Assembly: GCA_964016885.1 (NCBI GenBank)
Contig: OZ024751.1
Location: 51,770,001 to 51,834,000 of the forward strand
Source: Eledone cirrhosa
Taxonomy: Eukaryota
Length of the DNA: 64,000 nt
Direction: 5' to 3'
Below, piece by piece: positions 55,079 to 64,000 of this stretch. Position 1 is the stretch's first letter, and each line of letters begins with the position of its first letter. The position numbers and the translations under genes are program-made. The notes under the pieces are model-generated. The model searched no databases, was not told the DNA's origin, and saw only the letters and a list, made by a program, of their open reading frames with translations.

Positions 55079-57468
55079 CTGGAGCAGGCCTATAGTAACA
55101 TGGTGGTGGAACAGTAAGGTGGAGGAGTCAATTAAGGCCAAAAAGCAGGCTTGGAAAATATGGCGGGATGAGGGAAGTAGAGAAGACTATCAAGTGGCCA
55201 GGAGGGAAGCTAGGAGACAAGTGTACTTCGCAAGAAGGGAAGCAGAGGAAAGAAAGTTCAAGCATGTTCTACAACGTGAGGACCAAAAACGTGAGGTGTT
55301 CAGGATTGCTAGGCAATGTGTCAAGGAAAACCATGATATTGTCGGGGAGAAGTGTGTCCTTAATGATGATGGTGTACTTGCCATCACTGACGCTGATAAG
55401 AAGGTAGCTTGGAAGTGTCACTACGAAAGGCTACTAAATGAGGAGAATAAATGGGAGAAAGACAGTCTCCTCCACATCGATCCAATAGGGACCAGCAGTG
55501 TTAGTTGAAGGTAGTATAATAAGTAAGGCAATCAAAGATATGAAGACGGGTAAGGCGGCTGGGCCTTCGGAAATAGTTGCTGAAATGCTGAAAGCTTCTG
55601 GAACGGTGGGACACACCATGGTCACCCGGATAGTAAACCAAGTCATTCAGAATGGTGTTGTTCCGAAGGACTGGCGTAGCAGCATCATCATTAACTGCTA
55701 CAAGGGTAAAGGAGATGCCTTAGATAGGAGTAACTATAGAGGCATTAAATTAATCGACCAGGTCATGAAGGTCACAGAAAAAGTAATAGCGCAACTAATC
55801 AGAGAGAGAATTGATCTAGATGAAATGCAGTTCGGGTTTGTGTCAGGTAAAAGTACCAGACGCTCTTTTCATTCTACAACAACTACAGGAGAAGTACCTA
55901 GCTAAAAGTAAACCCCTATACTTAGCTTTTGTCGGCTTGGAGAAAGCCTTTGACAGAGTCCCCCGTTCCATTATCTGGTGTTGATGAATGGCTTGAGAGA
56001 GCTATACAAGCCATGTATAAAGAAACAGTCAGCAAGGTTAGAATTAACAACGAATATAGTGAAGAGTTTAGCGTAAAAGTTGGTGTTCATCAGGGCTCCG
56101 TTCTTAGCCCCCTACTATTTATTATTGCCCTTCAGGCTATAACAGTGGAGTTCAAGACCGGCTGCCCATAGGAACTCTTATACGCAGATGATCTAACGCT
56201 CATAGCTGAATCAATGGCCGAACTAGAGAAGAAATTCCAAACATGGAAGCATGGTCTAGAATCAAAAGGCCTTAAAATTAACCTGTCTAAGACTAAAGTT
56301 CTAGTTTGTAGGAAGGAAAATAGGGCACCGGTCCCATCCGGGAAATGGCCATGCTCAGTGTGTAGGAAAGGAGTAGGTAGAAACTCCATTTTATGTCCCA
56401 AATGCAAAGTATGGGTGCATAAAAGATGTAGTGGGATCACAGGTAAGCTAACTAAGAACATAGATTTACACTAGCTCATTCCATTGTACAGATGGTTCTA
56501 TAGAAATAGTGGACACCTTCCGTTACTTGGGTGACAAAATCAGCAGTGGTGGAGGGTACTCTGAAAGTACAGTAGCTAGAGTCAGAACTGGATGGAAAAG
56601 GTTCAGAGAGCTTATACCACTATTAGCCGCTAAAGGGTTCTCTCTAAAAATGAAAGGCAGGCTGTATGATGCCTGCATACGAACAGCAATGTTACATGGC
56701 AGTGAGACCTGGGCATTGTGTGCAGAGGATATACGCAGACTGGAGAGGAACGAAGCTTGCATGCTCCGCTGGATGTGTAATAGTAATATACATGAACGGC
56801 AAAGCATAAACGAACTAAGGGAAAAGTTAGAAATAAGAGGGATCAGATGTTGTTTTCTCGAGAGAAGACTACGTTGGTATGGTCATGTGATGCGCATGAA
56901 AGACAGCTGTATAAAAAAGTGCAGGGCAATAAAAATAGACGGTAGCCACGGAGTAGGCAGACCCAGAAAAACCTGGAACGGCTTGATAAATTTCGACCTC
57001 ACACACTTACACCTCTCCAAGACAATGTCACTGGACCGAGATCTTTGGCGCTACACAGTAATACAGAAGACCCGCCTTACCTAAGTACAAAGTGAAACCT
57101 ACTACAGTCAGTAGGCACCTCTAACAAAATACACCCCCGTCCCACTACCCCGACCCCATCCACACCACCCCTTTCAATGTAAAGTTATGTTGGTGCCACA
57201 ACAACCAGTCCGAAACAAATGAGGTCGTGTAGGTGTCACGACAAAAAAACACAGTCCACGCTGTAATGTGGCCATGTAGGTAACACAGTAAAAACCTCCC
57301 AGTCCACACTGTAAACGTGGTTGGTGTTAGGAAGGGCATCCAGCCGTAGAAAACCCGCCAGACAGTCCTATGCGAGCGAGACAACCACTCTTGCCTCAAG
57401 TGGGAAAACTTCCGTCCAAACCCATGCAAGCGTGGAAGATGGACGTTAAACGATGATGATGATGATGA
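55079..57468 (+). mobile_element. RTE-clade LINE, 5'-truncated and decayed, subfamily A
   Basis: TWWWN, KAAGPSEIVAEML, NYRGIKL, QFGF, GVHQGSVLSP, YADD, RLRWYGHV, GRPRKTW; frameshifts, an in-frame stop and a GAT tail. Confidence 0.92.
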
Positions 57469-58099
57469 TATATCGTCTAACCCAAGCTAGCGTGGAATGG
57501 ACGTTATATGTATATGCTGGGAGTAAACTTAGTGAAAACTAAAACAGGAGGCCGGACTGGAATGGCCAGTTCTATCCTAGGGTGAATCACTAAACATAAA
57601 TGAATATATATATATATATATATATCATCATCATCATCATCACCATTTTACGTCCGTTCTTCCACGCTAGCATGGGTTAGACGGGTTGTCCTGTTGTGTG
57701 CAGTGTCTGGTCAGCTGACCATGCCTTGCTCATACAGGAACTGATCTGGCTTGATTTCTACAGCTGGATGCCCTTCCTAACACCAACCTCATTTACAGTG
57801 AGTGCTGGGTGCTTTTTCGTGGCGCCTACACGTCCACTTTACAGTGTGGGCTGGGTGCTTTTTTGCCGTGGCACCTCCACAACCACCTTGCGGTGGGGGG
57901 TGTGGGGCATATTGTTTATATGCTTCAGCATGTACCCATGGGAGGTCGGGTACTCTGTATTACTGCGTGACGCCAGAAGTCACGGTCGTGTATCATTGTC
58001 TTTGAGAGGTGCAATTGGGTAAGGTCGGCTTTTATCACCTCATCCCAGGTCATCTTGGGTCTCCCCACTCCGCGGTTTCCATCAACTTCTAGTGCTCTG

Positions 58100-58138
<39 letters not shown>

Positions 58139-59356
58139 ATGTAAATATACATACATATATACACACACATACACAAACGTAAATATATATATCATCATCA
58201 TCATCATCATCATCATCATTTTACATTGATGATGATGATGATGATATATATATTTATATATACACATGCACACACATATACATGATGCGCTTCCTTACTC
58301 TTTCTGCCTACCAAATTCACTCTCAAGGCATTGATTAACTCAAGGTTCTAATGTGCTACACTGTGGGATAGAACCCAAGACCACATGATTGAAAACCAAA
58401 CTTCCCACACAGCCATGCCTAGTTACCTATATATATTTTCATGGAGTTTACAAATAACATGAAAACATTCTGTTTTGTATCTCCATATCAACTGAAGTAT
58501 TATCTCAGTGATATTCAATTGCTTCTATGTCACTAAACACAAAGACCAAGGACACACACATCCTGTAACAAAATAGATTTCTATATATTGATAAAGATTT
58601 ACACTAACATGTGTTTCCAGGTAAACAGCAGCTGGCAACAGTATTCATACCAACAATGAGCCAATCAATGTTTCCTAAAGTTTGAATATTTACCTGTAAA
58701 CCTCATAATTGTGTTTTTTTCTCTTCCTGGTGAAAGACTAACATATGATACATTGAACTTTACTTTTTCCTCTATCTTGTTCTGGCTTCCAAGATTTATC
58801 TCATAGGCCCTATAAAGCCTTTTGATATCAAACTACCTGAAACTACCTCTTGTTCTATGATACACAGCTGTAAATTTTAAAATGTTTATAACATATCATC
58901 ATAATTTAATGTAACAACTCTTGTTAAGTTGTTTCAAACATCAGCTTAACATTACTCTATATATACTATTATATTTTCACAGTAAAGGCTTTACCTCACA
59001 TAATTATCTCACATTTATGAGATTTTGATATTCATTTTGAGAACAATACCTTAAAGTCGGTATGAGGGGCCAGTTATGGTTGGTTTGAACAGAAAGAGGT
59101 GAGACAATGCTGGATATGGCCGGTTTAAATGCTAAAGAGTTAATAATGAGAAAGTTAGTTATAATACTAAATCCTTCCAAATTTTTGATAACTTAAAAAA
59201 ATTATTTATAAATTATAGGTAATGTTTTTCAATAGAACTATGGTAATGAAAGGTTAATCAGCACATGTATTATCAATTGGATAACATAAGTAAAAGAATG
59301 TCACAATTAATTGATAAAGAGCCACTGCATTATTACATCAATTGCATTATGATAAA

Positions 59357-61830
59357 TTTTTTTTTTTTTTTTTTTAAACACTTTAGTCTTTATTGTGTTG
59401 TATCACATGAAAGAATGGTATTTAACTAATGTATTGGTACGCGATGGGGCCCACCCACAGCCCCGGCGGACAGAATGGAGAAGGCGTTTCCCCGGAGGAC
59501 AGCAAGGGAGACGCGCTGGAAAAGCCACTCCAACTCGCGGGGCTCACACCTGCGGCTGGCCAGCTCAGCGCCTATGGTGGTGAGTAAGGAGGTAGCCCTG
59601 GGGCCAAGGACACCAGAAGTCTCCACTGCCAGGGGAACGACCGCAAACCTGTCGGAGAGCGACCGGTATTTGAGGAATTTGGCCCCCTCAGCCCGACGTG
59701 CAGCAGAACCTGGGTCAGTCGCAGACTGCACCAGGTTGCGGCTGCAGAAAGTGTCGGCGCAAGTGGCATCCCAGACGAGGGGTTTGCCACCACGGAACGG
59801 GAAGATGGTCATGCCATCTGGCATTTTTCCGTCCCCTCGATCCAGCCCCACCGGCTCGAGCTGGGAAGGGAAGCCTGCAGCGACCAAGCCATGCTTAATG
59901 ACTTCGTTGAGGGCAGCATGGCGTGGAATGCGGCCGGCACTGTGGCGACAGGAAAGCGGGTGGAGGCCGAAAGAGTCCATGGTGGAACCACAGTGACATT
60001 GGTGTGGCTGGCAGATCCGGAGGCCGAGCCTCAGGGAAACGCCGATGCGCAAGCTATGGTTGTCTAGCTGCGTGCCAGTGGAGAAGGAGGACAGGGCATG
60101 GAGCCAGGCACCACTGTAGGGTTTGGAGGCCGCACGAAAACAAGCAAGGCGGTGCTGGTCGAGCTGGCGCGTGAGCCTGTCTGAGGCCAGGCTGCACTGG
60201 ATGGCATCCCAAGTGCATTGGGGGGACTTGACGTCAACAGAGGGAGAAGGAGGAGGGACATCTACTGGGCTAAGTCTTAGCTGGTCCCACGTCTCACAGG
60301 CAGCCTCACGTTCTCTGAACACAGAGGGTTCTGTTGTGTTTTAAAGAACCCTGCTGACGAGGACGCGGCACGAGGTACCGGCGAAAGATACGCCGGCAAA
60401 GCTAGTGAGATCGGGGACCGGAGGCCAAGGCCACCATACCTAACCGGTAAAGTGGCCTGTTGCCACCCTATGTCGTCAAACTTGACGTTGCATATCCCCT
60501 CGGCTGCTGCTTGTATACAAGTATTGAGGTCAGCGAGGAGAGATGTCTGGGTGTAGCATGGAGTGCTGCGGAGTGTATAGAGGAGCTTTGGCATGGCGAA
60601 GCAGTTCCTCAGCAGAAAGAGAGCTGGGTGGCCGTCAATCAAGCCCAGTCAGCTCGTGGGAGTCTGGACCTGTTGAAGCCTGGACCTGATGGTGGAGCGG
60701 ATGGCCGGCGGGTGGATCGGTGACCCGAGGATGAGGACAACCCCCTCTTTGGGGGTCACCTGAACCTGGCGGAGAATGGACCGCACGTCCAAGACGGAGG
60801 CTGCAAAGCTCGCAGCATCGAGGTTGACGTTCACCACCTCCGACTTGGCCGAGTTGACCTGGAGGCCAATTCCCGCCAGGGCAGGAATCACCGATTGAAG
60901 GTCTTGGCAGACCGTCCGTACGGGCCCGCCCAACGTAGCATCATCCAGATACCAAACGTTGAGAGGGTCCGTGATACTCCGGGCGATGTGGTCAATACCA
61001 AGGGCGAACAGGAGGGGTCCCAAAGGGTTGCCCTGTTGGACCCCAGTAGCCAAGGGTATGACCGTATCAGCAGCTAGGAGCATGCTCGGGGCTCCATATG
61101 ACAGGTAGGCCAGCGGGTAGGCAGAGGGGGCTCGGCTGAGGCAGGCCTCGAGCAGATGATCCCGGCGTAAAGAGTTAAAGGCATTCCTCATGTCAAGCTT
61201 GACAATGAGGTGCCTGGAGTCCCTGGATGCCGGATACCGATGGGCAGCTGCTGAAGAACTGTCTGATTGCATGAGCGGCTCCCTCACAGCTGCCGGACAC
61301 GCCCACACCCAGTTGCACTGGACTAAACTCCTCACCCAGTTCGTGTGTGACGGACTTGCAGATCACCTTGGCAGCCAGCCTCCGGAAGACATTGCCCACA
61401 GCAATGGGGCGTATGCCATCCTCTTTCTTCCTGAGAGCGGTGAGGCTGGCCGAAAAGAAGAGGCCTCAGGCATAAGGGTCGAGGGCACCATGAATGAGCC
61501 TATTGGTGAGCGCCACAATTGCACTCAGAAGGTGGCGCCCGGCCTCAGTGGAGAGGGGGGATGTCAACTACTTGAGGTGGCTTGGTCGGAGACCATCAAC
61601 ACCTCCGCAGCTGCTAGCTGAGAAGGACCTGATAGCGGACATGATATCTGCATCAGTAGCCACAAAGAGCAGGTGGGGGTCGGGTGGGGTATGGGTCTGA
61701 GATCAGTGGGTGGCTCAGGGTGTTTGAGCCGCAGAGCAGCCAGGACCTCCTCGGTGGGTTGGAGGACAGTGTCCTCTGAGGCAACAACTCTGACTGCGGC
61801 CGAGACATCATCCATGATAAGCTTTGCAAA
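59357..61830 (-). mobile_element. CRE-clade non-LTR retrotransposon (RT + restriction-like endonuclease), 5'-truncated and frameshifted
   Basis: GNVFRRLAAK, KLDMRNAFNS, GVQQGNPLGP, WYLDD, LPVRYGGLG, CHCG..H.LSC, RHAALN, PDG, WDATC, VET; AATAAA and poly(A) (T-run at 59357-59375 on plus). Confidence 0.9.
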
Positions 61831-62108
61831 TATATTAAACATAATATCAGATGTGACAGATAGAGAGACAAGGAAACAGACAGACACACAGAGTAAGTTC
61901 ACAGCAGTTGTTCTAAGGAACATGTTTTACTTCAGTTATCTAGATTAACAAACAAAAACAATAACAAATAAAAAAAAACTTGCCACAGCCAATGATTTAC
62001 AGTTTAACAATGAAAGAAAAACACCCAATGACTACTTGATATACTTGTTTGTGTAAGAAAACAAATCAAGCGCCATAAACTATATATACATATTATACAC
62101 AAAGGCAC

Positions 62109-62179
<71 letters not shown>

Positions 62180-62206
62180 TGTGTGTGTCTGTCTGTATAA
62201 TATATA

Positions 62207-64000
62207 TCATCATCATCATCATCATCAACGTTTAACGTCCGTGTTCCACGCTTGCATGGGTTTGGACGGGGGTAGTCCCACTTGAGGCAAGAGTGATTGT
62301 CTTGCTCGCATAGGACTGTCTGGCAGGTTTTCTACAGTTGGATGCCCTTCCTAACACCAACCACATTTACAGTGTGGGTCTGGGAGGTTTTTACCGTGTT
62401 GCCTACACGGCCACATTACAGCGTGGACTGTGTGTTTTTTTGTCGTGACACCTACACGATCTCATTTGTTTCGGCCTCGATGGCGCGGCACCAACATAAC
62501 TTTACATAGAACGGGGTGGTGTGGATCGGGTGGGGGTGGTGGGACGGGGTGTATTTTGTTAGAGATGCCTACTGGCTGGAGTAGGTTTTACTATATATTT
62601 AGGTAAGGCGGGTCTTCTCTGTTACTGAGTACCGCCAAAGGTCTCGGTCCAGTGACATTGTCTTGGAGAGGTGTAAGTGTGTGATGTCGGAGTTTATCAG
62701 CTCGTCCCAGGTTTTTCTAGGTCTGCCTATTCCGTGACTACCGTCTATCTTTATTGCCCTGCACTTTGTTATACAGCTATCGACTTTCATGCGCATCACG
62801 TGTCCATACCAACATAGCCTTCTCTCGAGTAAACAACATCTGATCCCTCTTATCTCTAATTTATTCCTTAGTTCGTTTATGCTTTGCCGTTCACGTATAT
62901 TACTGTTACACATCCAGCGGAGCATGCAAGCTTCGTTCCTCTCTAGTCTGCGTATATCCTCTGCACACAATGCCCAGGTCTCACTGCCATGCAGCATTGC
63001 TGTTCGTATGCAGGCATCGTACAACCTGCCTTTCATTTTTAGTGAGAACCCTTTAGCAGCTAATAGTGGTATAAGCTCTCTGAACTTTTTCCAACCAGTT
63101 CTGACTCTAGCTACAGTACTTTCAGAGCACCCTCCCCCACTGCTGATTTTATCGCCCAGGTAACGGAAGCTGTCCACTATTTCTATAGAACCCTCTGCGC
63201 AATTGAAAGAGCTAGTAGTTTGTGGGCACTTGCTGCTACTTATTGCACCAGAGCACCGGCCACATGTAAAATCTATGTTCTTAGTTAGCCTACCTGTGAT
63301 CCCACTACATCTTTTATGCACCCATACTTTGCATTTAGGACATAAAATGGAGTTTCTACCTACGCCTTTCCTACACACCGAGCACGACCATTTCCCAGAA
63401 GGGACCGCCGCCTTGTTTTCTTTCCTACAAACTAGTACTTTGGTCTTAGCCAGGTTAATTTTAAGTCCTTTTGACTCTAGGCCGTGCTTCCATGTTTGGA
63501 ATTTCTTCTCTAGCTCGGCCATTGATTCCGCTATGAGTGTCAGGTCGTCTGCGTATAGGAGTTCCCATGGGCAGCCTGTCTTGAACTCCTCTGTTATGGC
63601 CTGAAGGGCAATAATAAATAGTAGTGGACTGAGAACAGAGCCCTGATGGACGCCGACTTTTACGCTAAACTCTTCACTATATTCGTTGTTAATTCTAACC
63701 TTGCTGACTGTTTCTTTATACATGGCTTGTATAGCCCTCACAAGCCATTCGTCAACGCCTAGTTTTCTAAGAGCCCACCAGATAATGGAGCGGGGGACTC
63801 TGTCGAAGGCTTTCTCCAAGTCGACAAAAGCTAAGTAGAGGGGTTTACCTTTAGCTAGGTACTTCTCTTGTAGTTGTCGTACTATGAAAAGAGCGTCTGT
63901 GGTACTTTTGCCTGACACAAACCCGAACTGCATTTCATCTAGGTCAATTCTCTCTCTGATTAGTTGCGCTATTACTCTTTCCGTGACCTTCATGACCTGG
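62207..64000 (-). mobile_element. RTE-clade LINE, subfamily A; ORF uninterrupted over the visible 464 aa (62599-63993), runs off the window
   Basis: QFGF, FVDLEKAFDRVP, GVHQGSVLSP, YADD, Cys-rich insert, YLG, GRPRKTW; 3' UTR and GAT tail. Confidence 0.95.

Noticed and set aside
58688-58740. Minus-strand GGTTTACAG|GTAAAT (GLQ + donor) as an upstream INTS14 exon
   Set aside because: In-frame TGA immediately before it, and no match to the expected preceding WIKP residues.

Overview
AT-rich, repeat-dense eukaryotic DNA. The SINE, RTE and microsatellite content suggests a mollusc, probably an octopus or other cephalopod (inference). Most of the window is mobile DNA: a decayed Ty3/Gypsy element, a full-length CR1-type LINE with its target-site duplication, CRE and RTE LINEs, tRNA-derived SINEs, piggyBac-type MITEs, foldback elements and a ~4.3 kb TA array. 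Three host genes are recognisable. (1) A divergent Bcl-2-family gene on the minus strand (ATG 29821) with a compact CCAAT/STAT/TATA/Inr promoter and the family-typical splice donor after BH2 'GGW'. (2) A small plus-strand ORF (46325) with two tandem BH3 motifs, the second BMF-like, which is a candidate BH3-only gene oriented divergently from the Bcl-2-like gene. (3) The last coding exon of INTS14 (minus). The most interesting signal is this putative linked apoptosis module, a Bcl-2-like receptor plus a double-BH3 ligand next to INTS14. All homology calls come from motif recognition and recalled sequences; no searches were run.
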